The translations under genes were made by a program, and so were the position numbers. From Eledone cirrhosa (Eukaryota), in contig OZ024754.1 of assembly GCA_964016885.1 (NCBI GenBank), positions 28,334,001-28,398,000 on the forward strand: 64,000 nucleotides of DNA, given 5' to 3'. Below, in pieces: positions 1 through 12,998 of the stretch. A model generated the notes under the pieces. The model was not told the DNA's origin, ran no database searches, and saw nothing but the letters and a program-made list of their open reading frames with translations. Numbering within the stretch: the first letter of the stretch is position 1; every line of letters begins with the position of its first letter.

Positions 1-232
1 ATACATTCTATGTCTCTTTGTTTCCCCCTCTCTCTTTGTTTCCCCCCCTCTCTCTCTCTCTCTCTTTCTATATACTTATATATAGCAGCTGAAACTGCTT
101 GGCGTTTATTCACATATATTGTATTGGTGTGTAACGTTTAGTGACTATTGGTTCACCAGTTTGAGCACTCAATGCCAGTGTGGTATTCCACGTTTGGTAT
201 TACACTGTAATTGAAATATTTAAGAAACAGTG

Positions 233-470
233 TTAATAATAACAAGGAGCAGGACTGAAGCATCAATATAAGCCTCATTAGGTTTATTCACATGTGACAT
301 GTGTTTCACGATCAATCAGCTCAACGTACAATTGGTATCAATTGTGCCCAACTCTGGAATTGATACTGATCATACCTTGGGCTGATCGATTGTGAAACGC
401 GTTACATATGTGAATAAACATAACGACGCTATATTGATACTTTGTTCCTGCTCCTCATTATTATTATTAT
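233..470. repeat. Imperfect ~240-bp palindrome (foldback/MITE-like)
   Basis: Arm 233-353 (aaggagcagg...gtttattcacatg...ggtatcaatt) is the approximate reverse complement of 358-470. Confidence 0.8.
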
Positions 471-475
471 ATATT

Positions 476-675
476 GGCGGTGGATTGGCAGTATTGGAAG
501 AGGGTCGGACGCTATGCTTTGACGCATAGAGTTACGGCCCTTGACATTCTGAGTTCGAATCCCGCCGAGGTTAACTTTGCCTTTCATTCTTACGGGATCG
601 ATAAAATAAAGTACCAGTAATACTCTGGGTAATTGCTGGCCTTGTGCCAAAAAGTAGAAACAATTATTATTATTA
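476..675 (+). mobile_element. tRNA-derived SINE, family A
   Basis: B-box GTTCGAATCC at 553-562, central GCCTTTCATxCTTACGGGxTCGATAAAATAAAGTACCAG block, (ATT)n tail; many copies in window. Confidence 0.85.
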
Positions 676-1103
676 TTATATATCTATATATGGTGTTAGG
701 AAGAGCATCCAGCCATAGAAAACCTGCCTATACGAGCGAGACATGGTCACCTGACCAATCTTGCCTCAAGTGGGACAATTCCTGTCTAACCCATGCTAGC
801 GTGGAAGATAGACATTAAACGATGATGATATATATATTGTCCTACCTATGCTAGCGTGAAAGATGGATGTTAAATGATGATGATGATATATAATGCCCCA
901 GTCTTCACTACCTTTTTATTTCTTCTTTAATTTCTCATTCTATTTTCTGGTGAAGGATTATCTTCTGAAGCTTCTGAAACATTACGACTCTTTCCTATTA
1001 TATCAAGTGTAAAACTAATAATGTATTTCTTCATTGATTTTGTGTCATTTGTGTTGTTATTTCTGTTTGCCTTTTGCATACACACACACACATATGTGCA
1101 TGT

Positions 1104-1143
<40 letters not shown>

Positions 1144-1310
1144 CCACACTCATCAAACTTATATGCATTCTATATCATCGATCTCTCCCTGTCTCCCCTA
1201 TCTCTATTTCTCGCTATATAAATATATATATATATATGTGCTGAATAGGACCCATCCCACCCTTGCAAGCAGGGAAAATTGGATGTAAAATGATGATGAT
1301 GATTATATAT

Positions 1311-2652
1311 ATCATCATCATCGTTTAACGTCTATCTTCCACGCTAGCATGGGTTTAGACGGGAATTGTCCCACTTGAGGCAAGATTGGTCATCTCGCTC
1401 GTATAGGACTGTCTGGCAGGTTTTCTACGGCTGGATGCCCTTCCTAACACCAACCATATTTACAGTGTGGACTGGGAGGTTTTTACCGTGATACCTACAC
1501 GGCCACATTACAGCGTGGACTGTGTGTTTTTTGTCGTGACACCTACATGACCTCATTTATTTAGGACTAGATGTTGTGGTACCAACATAACTTTACAGAG
1601 AAAGGGGTGGGGGAGTTAGGGTAGTGGGATGGGGGTGAATATTTGATTAAGAGGTGCCTACTGACTGTAGGTTTTGCTTTGTACTTAGGCAAGGCAGGTC
1701 TTCTGTATTACTGCGTAGCGCCAAAGATCTCGGTCCAGTGACATTGTCTTGGAGAGGTATAAGTGTGTAAGGTCGGAATTTATCAAATCGTCCCAGGTTT
1801 TTATTGGTCTGCCTACTCCGTAACTTCCATCAATTTTGATCGCCCTGCACTTTTTTATACAGTTGTCGTCTTTCATGCGCATCGCGTGACCATACCAACG
1901 CAGTCTTCTCTCGAGTAAACAGCATCTGATCCCTCTTATACCTAATTTCTCACTTAGTTCATTTATGCTTTGCTCTTCACATATATTACTATTACACATC
2001 CAATGGAGCATGCATGCTTCGTTCCTCTCCAGTCTGCGCAGATCCTCTGCACACAATGCCCATGTAACATAGCTGTTCGTATGCAGGTATCATACAGTCT
2101 GCCTTTCATTTTTAGAGAGAAACCTTTAGCGGCCAATAGTGGTATAAACTCTCTGAACTTTTTCCTTTCAGAGCACCCTCCACCACTGCTGATTTTGTCA
2201 CCCAGGTAGTGGAAGGTGTCCACTATTTCTATAGAGCCATCTGGGCAATAGAAGGAGCTAGTATCCTGTGGGTACTTGCTACTTATTGCACCTGAGCACC
2301 GGCCACATATAAAATCTAAGTTCTTAGATAGCTTACCTGTGATCCCACTACATCTTTTATGCACCCATACATTGCATTTGGGACATAAAATGGAATTTCT
2401 GCCTACTTCTTTCCTACACACTGAGCATGGCCATTTTCCAGAGGGCACCTGTGCCCTATTTACCTTCCGACATAGTAGAACTTTAGTCTTAGACAAGTTA
2501 ATTTTAAGGCCTTTTGATTCTAGGCCATGCTTCTATGTTTGGAATTTCTTCTCTAGTTCAGCCATCGATTCAGCTCTGAGCGTTAGATCATCTGCATATA
2601 GAAGTTTCCATGAGTTTTCTTGAACTCCTCTGTTATAGCCTGAAGGGCAATA
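1311..2652 (-). mobile_element. RTE LINE family 1, 5'-truncated, frameshifted
   Basis: ORFs 1963-2496 and 1685-2056 are homologous to 6352-7494 (PHD-like finger, RRLRWYGH); 3' UTR and (GAT)n tail at left end. Confidence 0.92.
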
Positions 2653-3403
2653 ATATATATATATATATTTAATACATTAACAGAGAAAGCTTTAAGCAAT
2701 ACTCCAACCGGCTTCCGTCTCACTCAACAAACATTAGGATATACCTTAGTATAATCCCAATTATACGTTTGGGGTGCTAACTATACGTATTTTGCGGATA
2801 GCCAGTTGTATTATTTTATATGAGACATAATTAAAATACATCTCTCTTTCCAAACGATCGTTTCATTATAAGTTTTCTACAAATTGGGAAAATAATGTCC
2901 AGGTTATGTAGAAGCCTACACATAGTCCGTAGGAATATATGTAGGTGGGCACTTATAAATCATCAGTGGATGCCCGACAAATATCGATATAAAAAAAACC
3001 TTACTGATATTAATGTTCAGCGATGGTACCCTCCGTGCTAGAATGACCACCAAATTTGAAATTCCAGCAGTCTCACAATGAGAAATCTCACATTGCCATC
3101 AAGTGGAAAGGGGAGGTCATCACAGAACATAAAATAATATGCACGCGGGTCAATTAATTCTTTCAATAATTTTAACCATGCGTGAAGAACTCAATTGGAT
3201 ATAAAAAAATAAATATATGCATGTATTATTTATACACGCATATAGGTATTTTCTTAGGCTAAAAACAGAGATAAGATACCGGAAGAACAATCAATATTTC
3301 ATACAAAGAATAAATATGGAAAGTCATACCTAAAAAGTATCTGGAAATATTCATCCCTGGCCAAATCAAGAGTATAATATTTATATATATATATATATAT
3401 ATA

Positions 3404-3600
3404 TTTTGTTCATTTATTGATGTGATTGGCCTTCCAGAATGAGGTTTATCTACAACATTTTCTTGGCCATCTTTGAATGCTTTGTGCAACTTAAAAACCT
3501 TACTTCTTGATAGTGGTATCTCCACAAGCTTGTGTTAAAGAATTAAATGTTTTGGTAGCAGAATTTTTTGAGTTTCACACAAAATTCGATCATGTAGCAT
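3404..3600 (-). mobile_element. Mariner-type transposase N-terminal remnant
   Basis: Peptide LSRSKVFKLHKAFKDGQENVVDKPHSGRPITS resembles the mariner HTH ending in D.xRSGRP. Confidence 0.7.
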
Positions 3601-3865
3601 TGTTTGATATTTTCCTGCATCATAAAAATAACAGAGGTTATAAACACACCTGTACATAAACTGCAATAACTCATGACTGACTCAATCATGAGTGTAAGGT
3701 TTTTAGATAAATATACCCACCTTGTGATAAACAGGTTTTATTGTAGAACCAAGGACAGTTTCAGGTGGTTTGGAATCGAAAGAATTAATGTTGAAATTGA
3801 AATTTCATTATTTCATGCCAGATAATATTAGACTTCAGTAGTTTTATAATAGTTTTTTATGAAAG

Positions 3866-4095
3866 GGCTGTGAATTGGCAGTATCTGTAGAACATCGGCC
3901 AACATACTTTGCTGCATGTAGTACGGCTCTTTATGTTCTGAGTTCAAATCCCACTGAGGTTAGCTTTACCTTTCATTCTTACGGGGTCGATAAAATAAAA
4001 TACCAGTAACACGCTGGGGTCGATTTAATCGACTTGCCCCTTCATCCCCTGAAAATTGTTGGCTTAGTTCCTAAATCAGAAAACATTATTACTAT
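3866..4095 (+). mobile_element. SINE family A copy
   Basis: GAGTTCAAATCC B-box and the same central block as 476-675. Confidence 0.8.
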
Positions 4096-4564
4096 GTTTA
4101 AAGATTTCACTAAAAGTTTTCCTAATTCTTGAGCCACTAATTTGGGATGCCATATGTAGCGGCACATTCTTCACTGTCACCCTTATTGTTTTAGCTACAA
4201 ACCCTTACACTGCCACCCATAACACCGAGGAGTGGAAGATAAATAAATGCCAGGCTTTGACTGACCATTACCTTTTATTGTTAGTTGCTATCAAGAACAT
4301 TGGTGTCCTCACTCTTTGGACTACTCTTTTCTTCTGCAAAATTGCCTCAGGGGGCATCGTGCCTGTGAAAGAAGTCCACACAAGGGGGACTGGCTGGTGC
4401 ACCAGTTATAACAGGTGCTTCTACACAACAATGCTTTTACCAGGCTGGCTATGGGACCAGCTGAGATATCTCACCCAACAAAGAATGTACAGTTATGTTT
4501 TTGCAATCATGCCTATGGGACACATGCATGCATGCACTCGTGCACTGCAAGCAGTGTGTTGAGC

Positions 4565-4790
4565 CAGTGCTTATCCATGGCGTGAAGTGACTGAGAGTAC
4601 AAGAACCCCAATCCATTGCAAGATTAAACCCCCATCTATTGCTGGTACTCCTTTTCAGCTGAATATACTGGGGCAACGTGAAATGAAGTGTTTTTGCTCA
4701 AAAACACAACACGCAACCCAGTCCAGGAATAGAACCCATGACATTACGATCATAAGTCCAACACCCTTAACCACTAGACCACATGGCTCC
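4565..4790 (-). mobile_element. tRNA-derived CORE-type SINE
   Basis: Minus strand reads ...tgtggtctagtggttaagggtgttgg...tgtgtttttgagcaaaaacacttcatttcacgttgccccag..., like the head of 13521-13862. Confidence 0.65.
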
Positions 4791-5117
4791 CCCTATGGGA
4801 CACAGCTGAGATATATCACCTAGCCAAGAGAGTAGAGTTATGCTTTTGTCATCCTGTCTATGAGACACAGCTGAGATATATCACCCAGCCAAGAATGTAG
4901 AGTTTGCTGTTCCCCCTCCTGCTTTCCCAGCTCACTTTTTTTTTTTTCACTTATCCCTCTCTTTCTGTTTGCAAATATATACAACTGAATATGAAATTTT
5001 CGCCTAAACATTTTATCAAGAGAATTTAGTAATTTATTATCAGTAAAGTCATTTATATGTATATATATATATATTTATGTATATATATACATATAAATGA
5101 CTGTATATATATATAGA

Positions 5118-5156
<39 letters not shown>

Positions 5157-5178
5157 TGTATATATATATAAGACTGAT

Positions 5179-7891
5179 AATTAGCGACCTCATAGTCAGG
5201 ACGAGACGTACTCGACAGCAGAAGAGGACTATCCTCAGGAGAAAAATATGGAAGCTAAAGGACCCCACAGCCAGGAATAAATTTCAAAGCATATTACTTG
5301 ATGCTTTCGACAGTAAGGAAGAACATTTAGAGTCGGACAATATAGAGGGAGAGTGGGAATTTCTGAAAGCAAACCTGCTGTTGGCGACAGACGAAGTCTG
5401 TGGCTGGAGCAGGCCTGTAGGCAGGAGGAGAGTAACATGGTGGTGGAACAGTAAGGTGGAGGGGTCAATTAAGGCCAAAAAGCAGGCTTGGAAAGTATGG
5501 CGGGATGGGGGAAGTAGAGAAGACTATCAAGTGGCCAGGAGGGAAGCTAGGAGACAAGTGTACTTAGCAAGAAGGGAAGCTGAGGAAAGAAAGTTCAAGC
5601 ATGTTCTACAACGCGATGACCAAAAACGTGAGGTGTTCAGGATTGCTAGGCAATGCGTCAAGGAAAACCGTGATATTGTCGGGGAGAAGTGTGTACTAAA
5701 CGACGATGGCACACTTGCCATCACCGACGCTGATAAGAAGGTAGCTTGGAAGTGTCACTATGAAAGGCTACTAAATGAGGAGAATAAATGGGAGAAAGAC
5801 AGTCTCCCCCATATCGACCCGATAGAGGGACCAGCAGTGTTAGTCGAGGGGAGTATAATAAGTAAGGCAATCAAGGATATGAAGACGGGTAAGGCGGCTG
5901 GGCCTTCGGAAATAGTTGCTAAGATGCTGAAGGCATCTGGCACGGTGGGACACACCATGGTCACCCGCATAGTTAACCAAGTCGTACAGAATGGGGTTGT
6001 TCCGAAGGACTGGCATAGCAGCATCATCGTTAACTGTTATAAGGGTAAAGGAGACGCCCTAGATAGGAGTAACTATAGAGGCATTAAATTAATCGACCAG
6101 GTCATGAAGGTCACGGAAAAAGTAATAGCGCAACTAATCAGAGAGAGAATTGACCTAGATGAAATGCAGTTCGGGTTTGTGTCAGGAAAAAGTACCACAG
6201 ACGCTCTTTTCATAGTACGACAACTACAGGAGAAGTACCTAGCTAAAGGTAAACCCCTCTTAGCTTTTGTCGACTTGGAGAAAGCCTTCGACAGAGTCCC
6301 CGCTCCATTATCTGGTGGGCTCTTAGAAAACTAGGCGTTGACGAAAGGCTTGTGAGGGCTATACAAGCCATGTATAAAGAAACAGTCAGCAAGGTTAGAA
6401 TTAACAACGAATATAGTGAAGAGTTTAGCGTAAAAGTTGGCGTCCATCAGGGCTCTGTTCTCAGCCCACTACTATTTATTATTGCCCTTCAGGCTATAAC
6501 AGAGGAGTTCAAGACAGGCTGCCCATGGGAACTCCTATACGCAGACGACCTGACACTCATAGCGGAATCAATGGCCGAGCTAGAGAAGAAATTCCAAACA
6601 TGGAAGCACGGCCTAGAGTCAAAAGGACTTAAAATTAACCTGGCTAAGACCAAAGTACTAGTTTGTAGGAAAGAAAACAAGGCAGCGGTCTCTTCAGGGA
6701 AATGGTCGTGCTCGGTGTGTAGGAAAGGCGTAGGTAGAAACTCCATTTTATGTCCTAAATGCAAAGTATGGGTGCATAAAAGATGTAGTGGGATCACAGG
6801 TAAGCTAACTAAGAACATAGATTTTACATGTGGCCGGTGCTCTGGTGCAATAAGTAGCAGCAAGTGCCCACAAAATACTAGCTCTTTCAATTGCGCAGAG
6901 GGTTCTATAGAAATAGTGGACAGCTTCCGTTACCTGGGCGATAAAATCAGCAGTGGGGGAGGGTGCTCTGAAAGTACTGTAGCTAGAGTCAGAACTGGTT
7001 GGAAAAAGTTCAGAGAGCTTATACCACTATTAGCTGCTAAAGGGTTCTCCCTAAAAATGAAAGGCAGGTTGTACGATGCCTGCATACGAACAGCAATGCT
7101 GCATGGCAGTGAGACCTGGGCATTGTGTGCAGAGGATATACGCAGACTAGAGAGGAACGAAGCTTGCATGCTCCGCTGGATGTGTAACAGTAATATACGC
7201 GAACGGCAAAGCATAAACGAACTAAGGAAAAAATTAGAGATAAGAGGGATCAGATGTTGTTTACTCGAGAGAAGGCTACGTTGGTATGGACACGTGATGC
7301 GCATGAAAGTCGATAGCTGTATAACAAAGTGCAGGGCAATAAAGATAGACGGTAGTCACGGAATAGGCAGACCTAGAAAAACCTGGGACGAGCTGATAAA
7401 CTCCGACATCACACACTTACACCTCTCCAAGACAATGTCACTGGACCGAGACCTTTGGCGGTACTCAGTAACAGAGAAGACCCGCCTTACCTAAATATAT
7501 AGTAAAACCTACTCCAGCCAGTAAGCATCTCTAACAAAATACACCCCGTCCCACCACCACCACCCCCACCCCATCCACACCACCCCGTTCTATGTAAAGT
7601 TATGTTGGTGCCGCGCCATCGAGGCCGAAACAAATGAGATCGTGTAGGTGTCACGACAAAAAAACACACAGTCCACGCTGTAATGTGGCCGTGTAGGCAA
7701 CACGGTAAAAACCTCCCAGACCCACACTGTAAATGTGGTTGGTGTTAGGAAGGGCATCCAACTGTAGAAAACCTGCCAGACAGTCCTATGCGAGCAAGAC
7801 AATCACTCTTGCCTCAAGTGGGACTACCCCCGTCCAAACCCATGCAAGCGTGGAACACGGACGTTGATGATGATGATGATGATGATGATGA
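5179..7891 (+). mobile_element. RTE LINE family 1, 5'-truncated, small indels
   Basis: ORFs 5381-6334 and 6352-7494 carry RT motifs [39 protein letters not shown]; (GAT)n tail at 7865-7891. Confidence 0.95.
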
Positions 7892-8642
7892 TATATGTGT
7901 TGAAGTTTCCGTGGAAAAAGTAAAAGGAATGAAGAGTGCTCTATGTAAGTAACAGAGCTAAATATTTATTTATAAATATCGTCATACTGCCTTATATAAC
8001 GAACGAATGCAGACATCTCTTGTGTTCGTCCTGTTTGGGAAACCTCGGGTAATGAGGTAATTATACTGTGTTGTTTATTATACATTAAATATATATATAT
8101 ATATATATATGTATATATTGGCAACATGACCATCCCCAAATATAACAAAGTGTATAAATGAAGTTTTGTGAACATTAGACAAACCTTTTTTTTTTATATT
8201 CAGAATAGCAGACTCCAATATCTGTAGTTAAATGACTTATATTTTCTGTCTTGTTTTATTGATATTCTCAGATTTTCAGTGTAGTTTAGCACCGGTGTGT
8301 TTGTATTTCCCCAAGCTACAATATTATTTTAAAATGTCGTTTCATAATGGATTATTGATGTATTTAAAATAGCAAAAAGTGTTTATATGTTTGTTTTGTT
8401 GTTGTTGTTGTTTTTAGTTTGTTAGATGAATTTGTTGTGTCAACTTTTCCTCATCAAAAAATAATTGAGGCATAGTGTTATATTCTGTTATTTTTTCTAT
8501 CTTTGTGTTATCGTTGTTGTTGTTTAACCCTAGGACAGTTCTGATTAATCCATAGGTCTTATGGGTTTCAATGCATTTCAATTAATTTTCAAAATAATCA
8601 AGACTAGGTTTTAATATACGTATGAATATACGTATGAATATA

Positions 8643-8860
8643 TTTACTCAGCTGTAGAAATGAGATGATAGGGACTGGGGTCCCTATCATTCCACTGCAA
8701 AGTGGTCGCGGAGGTGCCACGGCAAAAAAGCACCCAGCACTCACTGTAAATGAGGTTGGTGTTAGGAAGGGCATCCAGCTGTAGAAATCAAGCCAGAATC
8801 AGTTCCCGTCCCACCCTTGCAAGCAGGGAAAAGTGGACGTAAAATGAAATGATGATGATG
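8643..8860 (+). mobile_element. SINE family B, 5'-truncated
   Basis: Near-identical to the 3' two-thirds of 13521-13862; RTE-type tail and (GAT)n. Confidence 0.85.
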
Positions 8861-8972
8861 AACATTTTAAAATGGTTAGTTTTTTATTTTAAAACCAAGG
8901 GAAGGTTCCATATAGATGGATATCAAAAGGGTTAAATATGTATGATCTATAATGCATTATTAATATATTTTA

Positions 8973-9400
8973 GGCGGTGGTGGATTGGCAGTATCGGTAG
9001 AGGGTCGGACGCCATGCTTTCCACCATAGTTACGTCCCTTTACGATCTGAGTTCAAATCCCGCCGAGGTTGACTTTGCCTTTCATCCTTACGGGGTCGAT
9101 AAAATAAAGTACCAGTAATGCACTGGGTGATTGCTGGCCTTGTGCCTAAAGTAGAAACAATTATTAATATATTTTAGAGCAGTGGATTGGCAGTATTCGT
9201 TGGGTGCCGAACACCATGCCTTGTAGGATAGAGTTATAGCCTTTTATGTTCTGAGTTCAAATCCCACGGAGGTTAGCTTTGCCTGTCATCCTTACAGGGT
9301 CGATAAAATAAAGTACCAGTAATGCATTGGGGTCGATTTAATCAACTTTCCTCTACCCCCAAAATTGTTGGCTTTGTGCCTAAATCAGAAATCATTTATT
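8973..9400 (+). mobile_element. Two head-to-tail SINE family A copies
   Basis: Copies at about 8973-9165 and 9178-9400, each with GAGTTCAAATCC and the central block. Confidence 0.85.
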
Positions 9401-9595
9401 ATTTTAAAGCAAAAATATCTTTAGAAAGTTTTATTAGTTTGTTATATGAATATGTTGAGTTTACTGTATTTTCTCACATTCTTCTACAGCTAAGAAAAGT
9501 TGAGACATGGTTTTATATTCTCTTTTTCTTTCCATCTTTGTATTATATATACTAGTATATAACTTGCAAATTGTAATAAAGTTGTTTGAGGATTA

Positions 9596-9776
9596 TCGTA
9601 TGTATACTTGAATATAAGCTGAAGATTGTGTGACCCAAAATATCGATGGTAGAAGGGGGTTGGCTTAAATTCAGGATCAATATTTCAAATTCTAATTCTA
9701 TGTAAATAAGGTTTCTCAGACATAAAACAGTGCGGTCGGATTATATTCCTTTCGGCTTATATTTGAGTATACACGG
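9596..9776. mobile_element. MITE with ~27-bp terminal inverted repeats (Tc1/mariner-like)
   Basis: gtatacttgaatataagctgaa ... ttcggcttatatttgagtatac, flanked by TA. Confidence 0.7.
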
Positions 9777-10599
9777 TATATGTATGCCATATGTATCTTG
9801 GTTTTTAGAATAGGTACACATTGTTTTTGAATGTTGTAAGAGGAGACTAACAGGGTTGGCATCAAGAAGGGCATTTAGTTGTAACCCATTGCTTCAAAAC
9901 ATCCCATGCAACCAACGCCAGCATGGAAAAGTGGATGTAAAAATGTGTATGTATTTGTTAGTCCTGTATCTGTCATCAACCCTGCAACTGTCATATCCTA
10001 TAACTTAGCAATTTGACAAAGAGAGATTGATAAAATAAGTACCAAACTTGGAAAAAATAATACTTGAGTTGATATGATTGACTAAATTCGTTTAAGATGT
10101 TGTTCCAGCATGGCCACAGTTAAATAACTGAAACCATTAAAAGGAGCCAAAGAATATGGAGTAGAAGCATGCTATACATTTAACAGAATACAAATCATGC
10201 AGGCAAAGGAATTAAATTGTTTTTTCATTTATTAATGTGAAGGCTTAATCGTTAGATAATTGGATTCACAATTATGAGGATGCGAGTTTGATTCCTGGAC
10301 CAGGCGATGTTATATGTTGAACAAGACATTTTATTTCATGCTGCTCTTTCTACCAGCAGTGTGACTGGTAGATAGTATCAGCAATGGGAAGACTAATGGA
10401 AACATTGTTTCCTTGGTCTGATAGGATGAGTCCCACCCAACTCGGTAAGCGAAAGAGGTCTGGGGTCTTGTTGATTGTTAAAGTAAAAAGAAAGGAATTT
10501 ATTAATAATTCTTCACCTATCGTAATAATAACTATGCAGAAACCTAGAATCATAGTAGGGATTTAAAAGTTTGCTGCACAGTACTTAGTGCAATGTTAC

Positions 10600-10980
10600 A
10601 TGGTAGTGATCCATGGATGTTTAATGTGGATGGCTAAAGTGGAATGAATTGAGTTTGCTCTGCTGGATGTATGAATCCAATATGCATGAACAACTCAGTA
10701 CAGATGAGTTGAGATGTAGTTAGTGTGCAAGAGAAGAATGCATTGGAATGGAAATGTAACCTGCATGAAATAATGATTGTTGGGTGAAGAAGTGCCAGGA
10801 GTTCCCAGTGGAAGGGAGCTATGGATGAGTTGGGAGGTTGTGGTGAAGTTTGATCTGAAGAAACTGAACCTCACAAAGGAGATGGCAAAGGTAAAAAAAA
10901 GGGTGGGGGTGAGATGCTGTACTGGAGAGGACCCATCTTAACCATGTAAGCATAGAAAAAGGGATATAAAACCAGCTTTT
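10600..10980 (+). mobile_element. Highly degraded RTE family 2 3' fragment
   Basis: Colinear weak similarity to 44340-44750 (gaagtgccagga..cccagt, gagatgctgtact..agaggaccc). Confidence 0.55.
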
Positions 10981-11019
10981 ATAACTGATCATGGTTTTAT
11001 CTGTAGAAAACATTGAATT

Positions 11020-11451
11020 TATAATTTTCTACTTTTAGCACAAGGCCAGCAATTATCCCAGTGCATTACTGGTACTTTATTTTATCGACCCCGTAAGGAT
11101 GAAAGGCAAAGTTAACCTCGGCGGGATAATTCTAATGGGATAATTCTTTATAACATTGGCACAGAGCCAGCAATTTGGGGGAAGGGAATGGCTGATATAA
11201 TTGACCCCAGTACTGAACTGGTACTGCATTTTATCGACCCTTGGAAAGATGAAGGGCAATAATATTAATTGTTTCTACTTTAGGCACAAGGCCAGCAATT
11301 ACCCAGTGCATTACTGGTACTTTATTTTATCGACCCCGGAAGGATGAAAGGCAAAGTCAACCTCGGCGGGATTTGAACTCAGATTGTAAAGGGACGTAAC
11401 TATGCTGGAAAGCATGGCGTCCGACCCTCTACCGATACTGCCAATCCACCG
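11020..11451 (-). mobile_element. Cluster of SINE family A copies (one full, two partial)
   Basis: Repeated ctggtactttattttatcgacccc...gatgaaaggcaaag; full copy at about 11262-11451. Confidence 0.8.
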
Positions 11452-11459
11452 CATGCTTG

Positions 11460-11905
11460 GTGATGTTTATTTTGTGATTTCTAATGTGTTGGTTAAAATT
11501 TTATTAGAAATATGGTAATGAAAGGGTTAAAGTGCTTGTATCTCGATAAAAAAAACTATCATAATTTTATGTAAGAAATTTTATGTTCCAAACACCAACA
11601 CAATAACGAGAAAGTTAGTTAAATTGCTATATCTCTCTAAAATCTTGATTATTTCCGAAATTAATTGAAAATCATAGACAGTGGTTTTCATTAGAAATAT
11701 GGCAATGAAAAAGTTGAAGTGCTTATATTCAGTTATCTAAAAACCTTCCATAATAATTATATGTAAGAACCTTTATGTTCCAAACAACCAACATAATAAT
11801 GAGGAAGTTATATTATTATATCTCTAAAATCTTGATTATTTTTGAAATTAATTGAAAACTATGGACAGTGATTTATATTAGAAATATGGTAATGAAAAGG
11901 TTAAA
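11460..11905. mobile_element. Tandem ~185-bp units of an AT-rich MITE-like family ending AAAGGGTTAA
   Basis: Repeated ttagaaatatggtaatgaaa(g)ggttaa and tgttccaaacacca; related copies near 19960-20190, 31330-31560, 33410-33880, 46165-46600, 48240-48600. Confidence 0.6.
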
Positions 11906-12459
11906 TCGATAGTAAGTACAGGATCTATTCTTTCCATTGTATTGCAGTCTAAGCAAGACTTTATTTCTTCCAATGTGTTGTACTATCTAGCTTTCAGATT
12001 AGACTATTTACATTTTAGGTTTTATTTTTTTTTGTGTGTTGTTTTTACCTCATTCTCTAAATTAAAAAAACGTCTGAGTCTACCACAGTAAAAGTGAAGT
12101 ATTTTACATTCATTATCATCGCCATCACCATCATCACCATCACCACCATCATCACTATCATGATCATCATCACTGTTTAACGTCCATTTTTCCACGCTAA
12201 CATGGGTTAGATGAGTTGTCCCATTGTGAAACAAGTCAGATCAGCTATGACCATGTCATGCTCATATATAACTGTTTCTAGCTTGGTTTCTGTAGCCTGA
12301 TGCCCTTCATAATGCCAACCATATTTACAGTGCAAACATAAATATGTTGTGAGCTAGCTGCAACCTCAAATTTGCTGTGAGCATTCAGCATATATTTTCA
12401 AGGTTATGGCAGAAAGGATTTTCTAGTCTGGTTGAGCATACAACTTCTCTGGTACTGGA

Positions 12460-12810
12460 GCCTTGATAAAATGTATCCAGTACACCCTGTAAAGTGTTAG
12501 TGCTGGTGCCACAAAGTACACTCTGTATAGACTATAAAGTGGTATTGTTGGTGTCACAAAGTACACCCTGTATACTCTGTAAAGTGGTGGTATTGGTGCC
12601 ACAATAAAATGCACCCAATACACTTTGTAAAGTGGTTGGCAATCTAACAGGACTCTCCAGTCTGGCTGATAAAATGTATCCAGTACACTCTGTTAAGTGT
12701 TAGTGTTGGTGCTATGATAATATATACACAGGACATTCTCTAAAATGTTAGTGTTAGTAACCCCCAATAAAATGTCCACAGTACAATCTGTAAGAAAGTT
12801 GGCATTAGAA
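12460..12810 (+). repeat. Degenerate minisatellite derived from a SINE body
   Basis: Repeated aaaatgtatccagtacactctgtaaagtg...ggtgccac units followed by an RTE-like tail near 12880-12925. Confidence 0.6.
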
Positions 12811-12953
12811 CCTTTGCTAAATATGGAACATATGAGTAAGATGACATTTCTCTGACCAGTCAAGTCATGTACAACCTGTCTAGCCCATGTCAGCAGAGAA
12901 ACTAGACATATGTTGATGATGATGAGTATGATGGGGCTATTCTCTAGAACCCA

Positions 12954-12998
<45 letters not shown>

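Noticed and set aside
476-570. tRNA gene suggested by GTTCGAATCC
   Set aside because: No convincing cloverleaf; continues into a SINE body present in many copies.
2655-3385. Possible Penelope remnant between TA tracts (gtctca/tgagac pairing, aaccgg motif)
   Set aside because: No CTGANGA core and no convincing ORF motif.
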